DNA from: Vulcanimicrobiota bacterium
GTDB lineage: Bacteria; Vulcanimicrobiota; Vulcanimicrobiia; Eremiobacterales; Eremiobacteraceae
DNA length: 64,000 bases
NCBI GenBank assembly: GCA_963805945.1
Contig: CAWDVP010000002.1
Span: 32,001 to 96,000 of the forward strand
Direction of reading: 5' to 3'
Shown here: piece by piece, positions 51,577-60,691 of the stretch
Position numbering within the stretch: the first letter of the stretch is position 1
Layout of the letters: every line of letters starts with the position of its first letter
Made by a program: the position numbers and the translations under genes
The notes under the pieces: generated by a model
What the model was told of the DNA's origin: nothing
The model's database searches: none
Seen by the model: the letters and a program-made list of their open reading frames with translations, nothing else

Positions 51577-53092
51577 GCGCATCGTCCTGTGCATTCTCGA
51601 CGGTTTTGGCATCTCCAGCGAAACGCGCGGCAACGCGATCGCGGCAGCGAAGATGCCGAACTATCGGCGCATGGCGACGCAGTATCCGATGACCGAGCTC
51701 GGCGCCGGCGGCGAAGCGGTGGGGCTGCCGGCCGGCCAGCAGGGCAACAGCGAGGTCGGCCATCTCAATCTGGGCGCGGGCCGCGTCGTCTACCAGAGCA
51801 TCACGCGCATCGACCAGGCCATCACCGACGGGAAGTTCGCGAACAACCCCTCGCTGCGGCAGTGCTTCGCGCATTGCGCGCGCACCGGCGGCACGTTCCA
51901 ACTGCTGGGACTCGTCTCGCCCGGCGGCGTGCATTCCTCGATGAAGCATCTCTTCGCGCTGTTGGACGCCGCTGCGCAGGCGGGCGTGCGGGTGCGTGTC
52001 GCCGCGTTCCTCGATGGCCGCGACACGCCGCCGAACAGCGCCGGTCCGTATCTCGACGAGCTGCAAGCGAAGTGCGCGCAGCTGCCCGATGCCGCCATTT
52101 CGTTGATCTGCGGCCGCTACTTCGCGATGGATCGCGACAAGCGCTGGGACCGCACGCAAGTGGCGTACGACGCGCTGGTGCGCGGCGTCGGCTTCAGCGC
52201 GAACAACGTCACCGACGCGCTCGGCGCCGCGTACGCGCGCGGCGAGAGCGACGAGTTCGTAAAGCCGACTTTGATCGGGGCGGCGGACCCGATCGTGCGC
52301 GACGGCGACGCCTGTCTTTTCTTCAACTTCCGTCCCGACCGGGCGCGCCAGCTCACGCTCGCGTTCTCCGATCCATCGTTCGCTGAGTTCCCGGTCGAGC
52401 ATTTCAACGATTTCATCTTCGCCATCATGACGCAGTACGATGAGAGCTTCCCGAATCCGGTGTTGTTCGGACGCATCGTGGAGGACGAGACGCTCGGCGC
52501 GGTCGTCTCCGCCGCCGGGCTCACCCAGCTGCGCTTGGCGGAGACCGAGAAGTACGCGCACGTCACCTATTTCTTCTCCGGTGGGCATGAAGAGCCGTAT
52601 CCGGGCGAAGATCGGGTGCTCATCCCGTCGGCGCGCGACGTCGGCACCTACGACCACAAGCCGGAGATGCGCGCGCGAGAGATCACGCAAGCCGCGGTCG
52701 ACGCGGTCCGCTCGGAGAAATACGATCTGATCGTCCTCAACTACGCCAATCCCGACATGGTCGGCCACACCGGCAAGTGGGAGCCGATCATCACCGCGCT
52801 CGACGTCGTGGACGACTGCCTCGGCACGCTCGAAAAGGCGGTGCTGGAGACCGGCGCGGTCATGCTCGTCACGGCAGACCACGGCAATGCCGAAGAGAAG
52901 ATCGATCTGAAGACTGGCAAAGAGCTCACCGCGCACACCGCCAATCCGGTGCCGCTCGTGCTGATCGGCGACGGCCCGGGGCCGTTGCGGAGCGGCGGCC
53001 GGCTCGCCGACGTCGCGCCGACGATCTGCGCGCTCATGGGGCTGGCGCAGCCGCCTGAGATGACGGGCAAGGATCTGCTGCCTGCGGGCTAG
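51560..53092 (+). CDS. gpmI: 2,3-BPG-independent phosphoglycerate mutase
   Basis: GNSEVGH, DGRDTPP, GRYFAMDRD, NFRPDRARQ, ETEKYAHVTYFF, NPDMVGHTG, TADHGN. Confidence 0.97.
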   Translation: MPATGKRIVLCILDGFGISSETRGNAIAAAKMPNYRRMATQYPMTELGAGGEAVGLPAGQQGNSEVGHLNLGAGRVVYQSITRIDQAITDGKFANNPSLRQCFAHCARTGGTFQLLGLVSPGGVHSSMKHLFALLDAAAQAGVRVRVAAFLDGRDTPPNSAGPYLDELQAKCAQLPDAAISLICGRYFAMDRDKRWDRTQVAYDALVRGVGFSANNVTDALGAAYARGESDEFVKPTLIGAADPIVRDGDACLFFNFRPDRARQLTLAFSDPSFAEFPVEHFNDFIFAIMTQYDESFPNPVLFGRIVEDETLGAVVSAAGLTQLRLAETEKYAHVTYFFSGGHEEPYPGEDRVLIPSARDVGTYDHKPEMRAREITQAAVDAVRSEKYDLIVLNYANPDMVGHTGKWEPIITALDVVDDCLGTLEKAVLETGAVMLVTADHGNAEEKIDLKTGKELTAHTANPVPLVLIGDGPGPLRSGGRLADVAPTICALMGLAQPPEMTGKDLLPAG

Positions 53093-53805
53093 CCGAGCCC
53101 GGGCAATGGCGAGAATGTCCCCTTCTGGTAGTAGCCGCTGAAGCCGGTGCCATCCCAGACATAGCACAGCTGCATGACTTCGACGCACTGCGAAAGAGCA
53201 CGAGGACGGAAGATCGCGACGCATTGACCTCCCGCGTGCCGCACGCTATCCCAGGCGATGCCCACGGAATCTTGCGCGTGCAGCCGCTTGGCGAGCGCCT
53301 GCGAGGCGGCATAGCTCGTCCGCGAATATTCAGCGCGGAAATCTTCTTGTAGGCTGCGCAGGTCGTGCATCTGCCCGGCGACCCTGACGTGGTACACCCG
53401 CATGTCGAGTTCCATCGGTTCCTGATTTGTCGCTCGCATGAATCGTGCCCGATGGTACATCGTCTCGGCGATCGCGGTCGGAAGCGCGCGCGCTGCATAG
53501 AAAACGCCGTACGTGCCGTCGCTGAAACGGCTTCCCTCGGGATTGAGGTGCGTGAAGCTGGCCATGATCACCGAGGCGTTCGCCCCACTGATGCGCTCGT
53601 GCGCGGGCATGCGCGGGAGGTCGCCGACTTCATCCCGGATACGATCGTTGGTCTTCGCCTCGAGCGCGTTGACATTTTCGAGATCTTTGGGAGCCGCGAC
53701 CTGATCGAACAGCGATATCGGTGGGTAGCGGCTCGGGACGATGCGACACGCCGCCTGCCACAGCAGACGGCGTGCGGGGATCTCAAGCCGTCGCGGACGC
53801 CTCAC
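53089..53805 (-). CDS. RES-domain toxin (MbcT/ParT-like NAD+-targeting)
   Basis: RIVPSRYPP, SRFSDGTYGVFYAA..AIAET, SVRHAGG. Confidence 0.88.
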   Translation of the reverse strand: MRRPRRLEIPARRLLWQAACRIVPSRYPPISLFDQVAAPKDLENVNALEAKTNDRIRDEVGDLPRMPAHERISGANASVIMASFTHLNPEGSRFSDGTYGVFYAARALPTAIAETMYHRARFMRATNQEPMELDMRVYHVRVAGQMHDLRSLQEDFRAEYSRTSYAASQALAKRLHAQDSVGIAWDSVRHAGGQCVAIFRPRALSQCVEVMQLCYVWDGTGFSGYYQKGTFSPLPGLG

Positions 53806-54212
53806 ACCCAGCCGCCGCGCTGCGCGTCGAGGTATTGCCGCACGCGATACAGATCCCCGACGTTACCGGCCATCATGACGTCGAGCGCTGACTTCCCGCC
53901 GAACATCGGTGCGGAGTTGGGCCGTTTCACCCACGCGTCGGCGGCCGCTTGGCGAGGCAGCAGGATCTGCAAAGCGGCATAGATCCCGAGGATGTATGAG
54001 ATACGTTCTAGCGTATCGCGCGCGAGCGGCGGGTTGGCTTCGTTCTTCCATTTGAAATATGTGGACTGCGAACTCAGCCCCAACAGGGTCATCTGCTCTT
54101 TCACGGACAGGCCCCAGCGCTTGGCGATGTTGACGAACGTCCGTAGACCCGGCCCCGCGAGTTCCGGCTCGAACCCGAGCCCGGCGCGGCGGGTTATCGT
54201 GGCTACTGGCAT
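53802..54212 (-). CDS. Xre/MbcA/ParS-type antitoxin
   Basis: W-L..LLG HTH, LERISYILGIY, WVKRPN..FGG..AL..VRQYLDA; directly upstream of the RES gene. Confidence 0.9.
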   Translation of the reverse strand: MPVATITRRAGLGFEPELAGPGLRTFVNIAKRWGLSVKEQMTLLGLSSQSTYFKWKNEANPPLARDTLERISYILGIYAALQILLPRQAAADAWVKRPNSAPMFGGKSALDVMMAGNVGDLYRVRQYLDAQRGGWV

Positions 54213-54273
54213 ATATCTCTATTTATGGAGCTTTACAATATTTACCTCTATTAGTGGACTTACTCCTCTCTTC

Positions 54274-54594
54274 TCACGATTCTGGGCCGATGTCCTCGAA
54301 CTGCTCGATCTCGTAGCTGCCCTCCGGGAACTCGGCCACGATCCGTAGCCGGCCGTTGAGCGCCTCGACGTAATTTCGAAGCGTGCTGATGTAGGCATCG
54401 GCGCGATGCTCGAGCTTTGAGATCTCACCTTGGGTGGTATCCATGGTATGAGCAAGCGTCTCTTGTGACAATCGCCGGGCACGGCGCAGCTCTTGGAGAG
54501 GCAGCGCCGCCAGAATCGCAGTGGCACGGCGGCGGGCCTGAGCCTGACGCTCCGGCGGCATTCCTGAGCGCAATTGAGCGAACTTCTTAGCCAT
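54274..54594 (-). CDS. XRE-family HTH antitoxin (HigA-like)
   Basis: LQELRRARRLSQ..ISKLE..ISTLRNYVEALNG.L.IVAEFP. Confidence 0.9.
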   Translation of the reverse strand: MAKKFAQLRSGMPPERQAQARRRATAILAALPLQELRRARRLSQETLAHTMDTTQGEISKLEHRADAYISTLRNYVEALNGRLRIVAEFPEGSYEIEQFEDIGPES

Positions 54595-54946
54595 GAGCGT
54601 CCTCTCCGATCTCCCGTAGATGCTCGTCATAGAGGCGATCCGCGACCGGAACGTGGCGTTCGTAGAAACGCCTGTCGCCGGTCTTGTCGCCGCCGATCAG
54701 CAGAATAGCAGAACGACGCGGATCGAATGCATAAAAGATCCGGGGTGGGCGGCCCTGGCTCTGCACGCGCAGCTCGCGCATATTCGGATGACGAGATCCC
54801 TTAACCGCGTCTGCGAGCGGTCGCGTCAACGCGGGGCCGCGCTCCTCCAAGATGTGCATCATCGTATCGACATCTTCTTGGGCGTCGGCATCGAGCGTTT
54901 CCCACCACTCCCCGAATTGGTCGGTATATTCGATGTCCCAGCTCAT
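54587..54946 (-). CDS. RelE/ParE-superfamily toxin (Gp49-like, HigB-type)
   Basis: GPALTRP..KGSRHPNMRELR..RIFYAFDPRRSAILLIGGDK. Confidence 0.9.
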   Translation of the reverse strand: MSWDIEYTDQFGEWWETLDADAQEDVDTMMHILEERGPALTRPLADAVKGSRHPNMRELRVQSQGRPPRIFYAFDPRRSAILLIGGDKTGDRRFYERHVPVADRLYDEHLREIGEDAHG

Positions 54947-54951
54947 TGTGG

Positions 54952-54980
54952 ATTATAGGCTATACCATATATTCTGTCAA
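54952..54980 (-). promoter_or_regulatory. Perfect sigma70 promoter for the higBA-like operon (probably leaderless)
   Basis: Minus strand TTGACA-17 nt-TATAAT-ccaca-ATG. TATAG-C-CTATA palindrome overlaps the -10. Confidence 0.85.
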
Positions 54981-55053
54981 GCATATATATGCGAGGCCTC
55001 CCGCTTGTAACATCAGGTAACCAGTCGATCTTGTCCACAACGCGCATCGGTGT

Positions 55054-55074
55054 CCGTTCACATCCCGTTCACAT
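55054..55074 (+). promoter_or_regulatory. Tandem direct repeat, possible winged-helix response-regulator site
   Basis: CCGTTCACAT twice at 11-bp period upstream of the flgF-like gene. Confidence 0.45.
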
Positions 55075-55145
55075 TCGGTCCGCAAGCCGGCAATGCGTCG
55101 GGCGTAGCCTCGGGTTCCACCCCCCTAGGTGGATGAGAGGTCCAT

Positions 55146-55784
55146 ATGCAGATCCCCGATGCGCTTTCCAGCGCCGCTGCGGGCATGAAGACCCAGAGCG
55201 CGCGCCTCGACACCATCGCCGAGAATCTCTCCAACGCTTCGACCGCCGGCTATCGCTCGCGGCGTTCCGTGCTGGCGCGTTTCGGCGAGCGGTTGCGGAC
55301 GGCAACGGTCGCCGCGGAGTCCCAAGGTCCCTTGCGCCGCACCGACGTGCCGACCGATCTCGCCCTGCTGGGTCCCGGCTATTTCGCGGTCGCCGCGCCG
55401 CACGGCGTGGAGTACACGCGTGACGGCCGCATGACCCTCGATGCTGACGATTACTTGTGCGACGCGCGCGGCAACAAGGTGCTCGGTTCGCTCGGACCGG
55501 TGCGCATGCCGCGTGGTGCGCTCGTGCACCCGGACGGGCGCGTCTATGCGAGCGGCCGGGTCATCGACCGCCTGCGCATCGTGGAGCTCGACGGCACTCA
55601 TGTCAAACGCGCCGCCGCCTCGGTGCGGGCGGGCTACCTCGAAGACTCCGGCGTCGATCCCATCGCCGAGATGACGTCGCTCGTCGCGACGCAGCGGGCG
55701 TACGAAGCGGATCAGAAAGCCGCGCAGCGCGCCGACGACTCCTTGAGGCTCGCGGTCACCGACGTGCCGACGGTGCGCTCGTGA
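55146..55784 (+). CDS. Flagellar basal-body rod protein FlgF/FlgG-like
   Basis: GM..Q..RLDTIAENLSNASTAGY, DLALLGPGYF, YTRDG, LEDSGVD..EMTSL..QRAYE. Confidence 0.85.
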   Translation: MQIPDALSSAAAGMKTQSARLDTIAENLSNASTAGYRSRRSVLARFGERLRTATVAAESQGPLRRTDVPTDLALLGPGYFAVAAPHGVEYTRDGRMTLDADDYLCDARGNKVLGSLGPVRMPRGALVHPDGRVYASGRVIDRLRIVELDGTHVKRAAASVRAGYLEDSGVDPIAEMTSLVATQRAYEADQKAAQRADDSLRLAVTDVPTVRS

Positions 55785-56515
55785 ATCGCGCGTTGGCAGC
55801 CGGCGCGTCCGGCATGACGGTGCAGCAGAGCGTGCTCGACACCATCGCCGCCAATCTCTCCAACATCGACACGCCAGGCTTCCGCGTCGATCGGCCCGAG
55901 TTCGCGGCGCTCATCGGTCCGGACGGGCGCGGCATGGGAGCTTCCGCCCAAACCCCGCAGCGCCTGTTCTCGCAAGGCAGGCTCGACGCCACCAGCAACG
56001 ACTACGACCTCGCGATCGATGGCGAGGGCCTCTTCGAAGTGCGCGCGGCATCGGGCGCCGTCGCGTACACGCGCGCCGGCAATTTCACACCGAGCGTCGA
56101 CGGCAAGCTCCGGCTGCCGAACGGCGCCGCCCTCACCGGCGTGCGATTGCCGGACGGCGCTATGACGACCACGATCGCGCCGGACGGGCGGATCCGCGTG
56201 CGCGTCGCCGGCAAGGCCGATGCAATGGCCGCGGGTCGCGCCCGGCTGTGCGCGTTCGCCAACAATGCCGGGCTGCGGCTCGGACCGGATGGGTTGTTCT
56301 ATCCCACCGCCGGGGCCGGCAAACTCTATCGAGGCGACCCGGGCAGCGGTGGCTTCGGCCATCTCAAGCAGCGCTGTCTGGAACGCGCTAATGTCAGCGT
56401 CGTCGGCGCCATGATGGCCGTGCTCGCGGCCCAGCGCTCCTATGAGGCGAATGCCAAGAGCGTCCAGGCGGCCGACGAGATGCTCCGCCTCGCGAACAAC
56501 CTCGAGCGCGGCTGA
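55781..56515 (+). CDS. flgG: Flagellar basal-body rod protein FlgG
   Basis: GM..QQ..LDTIAANLSNIDTPGF, FSQG, DLAIDGEGLF, YTRAGNF, LERANV, AQRSYEANAK..ADEML. Confidence 0.85.
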   Translation: MNRALAAGASGMTVQQSVLDTIAANLSNIDTPGFRVDRPEFAALIGPDGRGMGASAQTPQRLFSQGRLDATSNDYDLAIDGEGLFEVRAASGAVAYTRAGNFTPSVDGKLRLPNGAALTGVRLPDGAMTTTIAPDGRIRVRVAGKADAMAAGRARLCAFANNAGLRLGPDGLFYPTAGAGKLYRGDPGSGGFGHLKQRCLERANVSVVGAMMAVLAAQRSYEANAKSVQAADEMLRLANNLERG

Positions 56516-56522
56516 CGTCGCC

Positions 56523-56780
56523 ATGGATGCGCGGCTGTTCTCGGCCTGTCAAGAATTCGAAGCGTTCATGCTACGCCCGCTCTTCTCCGAGATGCGCATC
56601 GCTCATCCGCTTCCATCAGCAGATGGAGACGGCTCCGGCGACGGTACCGTGGGCGCGAACGGATCCGACGATCTCTTGCAATCCTTATACGTGGAGACCC
56701 TTAGCACCGCGTTCGCGCGCGCCGGCGGCGTCGGCTTCGCCGCCGAACTGTCGCGATCGCTCGGGCAGCAGCCGACATGA
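56523..56780 (+). CDS. FlgJ N-terminal (rod-binding) domain protein, no muramidase
   Basis: ACQEFEAFML..MR......GGVGFA..L pattern. Confidence 0.75.
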   Translation: MDARLFSACQEFEAFMLRPLFSEMRIAHPLPSADGDGSGDGTVGANGSDDLLQSLYVETLSTAFARAGGVGFAAELSRSLGQQPT

Positions 56781-57547
56781 TCGCCACTCCGTCTGTCGAC
56801 ATGGGCGCGCTCGCGGTGAATTACGCCTCGACTCGTGCCCGCGCCGATCGCGACCGGCTGTGTGAGGCCGCCATGCCGCTCGTCCGGCGCATCGCGCTTG
56901 TCGTGCGCCGCAGGCTGCCGCAGCATTTCGGCTATGACGACTTGGTCGGCGACGGCTGTCTTGGTCTGTTGCGCGCAGTCGAACGCTTCGATCCGTCCTT
57001 CGGCGTATCGTTCGAATCGTGGGCCGGGCGCATCATCCGCGGCGCCATGCTCAACGGCTTACGGCGCATGGATTCGATCCCCGAGCGGGTACGCCGCGAC
57101 GCCCGCGCGCTCGATGAGGCACGCTGGCTCATCGCACAACGCACCGGTACGTCTCCGGGCGACCACGAGGCTGCTCAGAGCGCGCAACTCACGATCAACA
57201 AGCTCGCCGCGGTGCGCGTGGCGTCGAAGCATTCGATGACGCTTTCCATCGACGCGCCGGCGCAGGCGGGCACGCGCGGTGCGCCGATCGCCGAGCGCCT
57301 CGCGTCGGCGCTGCGCGATCCGGCGGCGGTGGTCGCCGCGTCGTCGGTCCGCCGCATCATCGGGCGATCGGTCGCGCGGTTGCCTGGTCGTGAACGCGCG
57401 ATCATCGCCGCGTTCTACGGGCGCGGCGCGACCTTCAGCGAGATCGGGCGGACGCTCGGCGTCAGCAAGCAGCGCGTCTCCCAGCTGCACACGCGTGCAA
57501 TCGCCGGCCTGCGAACGGCGCTCGCGGACCTCTCGCGAGAAACATGA
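56777..57547 (+). CDS. fliA: FliA/WhiG-family sigma factor (sigma-28)
   Basis: PLVRRIA, DDLVGDGCLGLLRAVERFDP, IRGAMLNGLR, EIGRTLGVSKQRVSQLH. Confidence 0.85.
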   Translation: MIATPSVDMGALAVNYASTRARADRDRLCEAAMPLVRRIALVVRRRLPQHFGYDDLVGDGCLGLLRAVERFDPSFGVSFESWAGRIIRGAMLNGLRRMDSIPERVRRDARALDEARWLIAQRTGTSPGDHEAAQSAQLTINKLAAVRVASKHSMTLSIDAPAQAGTRGAPIAERLASALRDPAAVVAASSVRRIIGRSVARLPGRERAIIAAFYGRGATFSEIGRTLGVSKQRVSQLHTRAIAGLRTALADLSRET

Positions 57548-57870
57548 CCGCGCTGCGTCCGCGCGACGACGTACCCGAGCTACGCTCGGCCACTACGGGC
57601 TCAGCGAGTCGAACTGCGCCTGCGGCGATCATCACCTCTTCGGGAGTAGGCGCGCTCGAGGCGCTGGAGCCGCTCGATCTCGGAGGCATCGCCGGCGCAG
57701 GCGGCGCCGATACAGGGCGCGACGCGATCGTCTTGGGCGCCCGGGCGGCGGCGCTGATCCGGGCAGGGCTGGCGGTGCGCGCGTTCGTGCTGCTCGCGCT
57801 GGCGCACACGCATCTCACGCGCACGATCGGCGGGCGCGTCGTCACGCTCGAGTTCGGGGTGTATCGCTAG
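57544..57870 (+). CDS. Hypothetical protein, translationally coupled to fliA
   Basis: ATGA overlap with the fliA stop; fills the gap to divIVA; no motif recognised. Confidence 0.45.
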   Translation: MTALRPRDDVPELRSATTGSASRTAPAAIITSSGVGALEALEPLDLGGIAGAGGADTGRDAIVLGARAAALIRAGLAVRAFVLLALAHTHLTRTIGGRVVTLEFGVYR

Positions 57871-58403
57871 CTGTCGAGCCCGGTGTAGAGCGCCGACTCT
57901 TCGGCGTGCACGTCGGGGCCGGGCATGGGGATCGGCGGCGGCGCCACATCTCTGGCGGCGGCGACCTCTTCGTCGAGTTGCGCGGCGTGCCGGGCCAGGA
58001 ACGCGCGCAGATCCTGTTTGACCTGTGCCGCGTGGTCCTGATGCCGCTGCAGTTCGCGCTGGGCATCCGCGATGCGCTGCTTGATGACGCCGAGCTCGCT
58101 GTCGAGCTCCATCTTGGCGCGCTGCTTGATGAGGTCGACCTCTTTGTGAGCGGAGGCCTTCACCTCATCGGCGGTGCGCTGCGCGAGCACGAGCGTGCTT
58201 TGCAGGCTCTCCTCCATCGCGCGGAAATGCGCGAGCTTCTCCTGCATCTCGCCGAGACGCGCTTCAAGTTTGGTGCGATCCTCGATCTCGGCCTCGAGCG
58301 TCTGGATGATCTCGTCGAGGAACGAGTCGACGTCCTCGCGCTGATAGCCCTGCAAGGCCTTCTTGAACTCTTTGTGCTGGACGTCGACCGGCGTGATCTT
58401 CAC
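57867..58403 (-). CDS. divIVA: DivIVA-domain cell division protein
   Basis: ITPVDVQHKEF..GY..EDVDSFLD, coiled coil, LVLAQRTA. Confidence 0.92.
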   Translation of the reverse strand: MKITPVDVQHKEFKKALQGYQREDVDSFLDEIIQTLEAEIEDRTKLEARLGEMQEKLAHFRAMEESLQSTLVLAQRTADEVKASAHKEVDLIKQRAKMELDSELGVIKQRIADAQRELQRHQDHAAQVKQDLRAFLARHAAQLDEEVAAARDVAPPPIPMPGPDVHAEESALYTGLDS

Positions 58404-58418
58404 TGGCGTGGCCTCCGG

Positions 58419-58820
58419 CTACCAGGCTTCGTACGAGCCGCCCGCAGCCAGCTCGGGATCCTTGGAGCTGATCTGCACGTTGCTGGGCGCGAACAGGAAG
58501 ATTCCCTCCGAGAGGCGCTGCATCTTGCCGTCCAGCGTGTAGACGACGCCGCTGAGGAAGTCGATGACGCGCTGCGAGAGCGCGCGGTCGGCGCCGACCA
58601 GGTTGACGACGACGAGCAAGCGAGCGCGCAGGTTGTCCGCGATGTCGGACACCTCGTCGTACTGGCGCGGATGGAAGACGGAGACGCCGATCTTGCGCGC
58701 GCCCTTGGCCTCGCCGATCGGGACGACTTTCGGTTTGCCTTCGTCGTCGAACAGCTCGTCGTCGTACTCATCGGTGTCCTTGAACCCCATGAAGTTGACG
58801 ACGCTCGACCAGACACCCAT
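58419..58820 (-). CDS. sepF: Cell division protein SepF
   Basis: PRQYDE..IADNL..VVVNL..RVIDFLSGVVYTLDGKMQR..IFLFAPSNV. Confidence 0.92.
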   Translation of the reverse strand: MGVWSSVVNFMGFKDTDEYDDELFDDEGKPKVVPIGEAKGARKIGVSVFHPRQYDEVSDIADNLRARLLVVVNLVGADRALSQRVIDFLSGVVYTLDGKMQRLSEGIFLFAPSNVQISSKDPELAAGGSYEAW

Positions 58821-58825
58821 TTCGT

Positions 58826-59563
58826 CTACCCTTTGCCTTTCACGGACCGGGGGCCGAACAGCGCGGTGCCGATGCGCACCATCGTCGTTCCCGCCGCCAC
58901 CGCGGCCTCGAGATCGCCGCTCATCCCCATCGACAGCATGTCGACCTGCGGGTGTTCGGCTGCGAGTTGCCGGTAGGCGCCGCTCGCCCGCTCGAACGCC
59001 TCGCGAGCGCGCGTTTGATCGTCCGGTGCGACGGCCATGACGCCGCGCAGCCGCAGCTGCGGCAGGCTCGCGAGCGCGCGGCCGAGCGCCGTGCACTCCG
59101 AGGGCGGCACGCCGTTGCGGTCGTCATCCGCGACGTTGACCTGGATCAGCACGTCGAGGATCTTGCCCGCTTCGGCCGCGCCGCGGTCGAGCGCGTGCGC
59201 GATGGATAGCGCACCGACCGTCTGCACGACGTCGAATAGGCCCGCGATCTTGCGCGCCTTGTTGCTCTGGACCCGACCGATGAAGTGCCGCCGCCAGAGA
59301 GACGGCCACGCGACGCGGGCGAATTTCGCCTGCGCTTCTTGGAGATAGTTCTCGCCGATATCCGCGATGTTCGCTGCGATAGCCGCCTCGATCGCCTCCG
59401 GCCCGAAGCCTTTCGTCACCGCCAGGATGCCCACGCACCGCGGGTCCCGGCCGGTTTGCGCGCACGCCCGTTCGATTCGCGCGCGCAGCGCCTCGAGGGC
59501 GGACGCGACGTTCCGAACCGGCGCACCGGCTCCGGCATCACTCACACGTTCGATTTGTTCCAT
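58826..59563 (-). CDS. yggS: PLP homeostasis protein YggS/PROSC
   Basis: LAVTK, GENYLQE, HFIGRVQSNK, LSMGMSGD, VRIGTALFG. Confidence 0.93.
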   Translation of the reverse strand: MEQIERVSDAGAGAPVRNVASALEALRARIERACAQTGRDPRCVGILAVTKGFGPEAIEAAIAANIADIGENYLQEAQAKFARVAWPSLWRRHFIGRVQSNKARKIAGLFDVVQTVGALSIAHALDRGAAEAGKILDVLIQVNVADDDRNGVPPSECTALGRALASLPQLRLRGVMAVAPDDQTRAREAFERASGAYRQLAAEHPQVDMLSMGMSGDLEAAVAAGTTMVRIGTALFGPRSVKGKG

Positions 59564-59575
59564 CGTGCGGACCGC

Positions 59576-60691
59576 TTATCCTTCGCTGTCCTGGCTCGAA
59601 AGCGAGGCCAGCGCGGCATCACGCCACGCCGCAAACCTTTGTTGTCGGATGGCCTCGCGCGCCTGCTTGCCCAGCTCCATCAACATCCAGATATTGTGCT
59701 CGCTCACCGCACGCGGCGCGAGCATCTCGCCCGCACGGAAGCAGTGCGCGAGATACGCGCGCGTGAAGCGCGCGCAGGTCGGACAGCCGCACGCCGGATC
59801 GAGCGGCGTGAAATCGTCCGTGAAGCGCGCGTTGCGCAGGTTCAGGCGGCCGCGCGTCGTGAGCGCGAGCGCATGACGGGCGCAGCGGGTCGGGTAGACG
59901 CAGTCGAACATGTCGACGCCGAGGCCGATGCAGGCGAGCAGATCTTCCGGCGTGCCGACGCCCATCAGGTAGCGCGGCTTGTCAGCGGGCAGCTCGTCGC
60001 AGGTCGCGGCGGCCATCGCCAGGCTGTGCTCCTTGGTCTCGCCGACCCACAGCCCGCCGATCGCGTAGCCGGGGAAGTCGAGCGCGGCGAGCGCGCGCGC
60101 ATTCGCACGCCTGACGCCTTCGAACGTCGAACCTTGCACGATCGCGAAGGTGACCTGGTCCGCGCGCCGGCGCGCCGAGTGCGCCCGTTCCGCCCAGCGC
60201 AGCGTCCGCTCGGCGGCCTCGCGTGCCCGTGTTTCATCCACCCCGGCGGGCGCGACGTCGTCGAGCAGCATCGCGATGTCGCTGCCGAGGCGCTCTTGCA
60301 GCGCGACCACCGATTCCGGGGTGAAAGTGTGCTTCGTGCCGTCGAGATGCGAAGCGAAATGGTAACCGCTGTCGTCCACCGTCGCCAGCTTGGCGAGCGA
60401 GAACATCTGGAAGCCGCCGCTGTCGGTGAGCACGGCGTGCGGCCAACCCATGAACGCGTGCAACCCGCCCGCGCGCTCGATCAGGTCGACGCCGGGCCGT
60501 AGATAAAGATGATAGGCGTTGGCGAGGATGATGCGCGCGCCGCTGGCCCGCACCTCGTCCGGGGTGAGCCCCTTGATGCTGGCCTGCGTGCCCACCGGCA
60601 TGAACACCGGGGTCTCGACCTCGCCGTGAGCCGTGCGCAGGGTGCCCGCGCGGGCGGCGCCGTCGGACGCGTCCAGCGTGAAAGCCTTCAC
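59576..60691 (-). CDS. tgt: tRNA-guanine transglycosylase
   Basis: TPVFMPVGT, YHLYLRPG, LTDSGGFQ, KPRYLMGVG, DMFDCV, CGCPTC zinc site. Confidence 0.95.
   Translation of the reverse strand: MKAFTLDASDGAARAGTLRTAHGEVETPVFMPVGTQASIKGLTPDEVRASGARIILANAYHLYLRPGVDLIERAGGLHAFMGWPHAVLTDSGGFQMFSLAKLATVDDSGYHFASHLDGTKHTFTPESVVALQERLGSDIAMLLDDVAPAGVDETRAREAAERTLRWAERAHSARRRADQVTFAIVQGSTFEGVRRANARALAALDFPGYAIGGLWVGETKEHSLAMAAATCDELPADKPRYLMGVGTPEDLLACIGLGVDMFDCVYPTRCARHALALTTRGRLNLRNARFTDDFTPLDPACGCPTCARFTRAYLAHCFRAGEMLAPRAVSEHNIWMLMELGKQAREAIRQQRFAAWRDAALASLSSQDSEG

Noticed and set aside
54960..55145. tRNA, att site or riboswitch at the edge of the TA islet
   Set aside because: No cloverleaf, T-loop or flanking direct repeat was found, and no riboswitch consensus was recognised.
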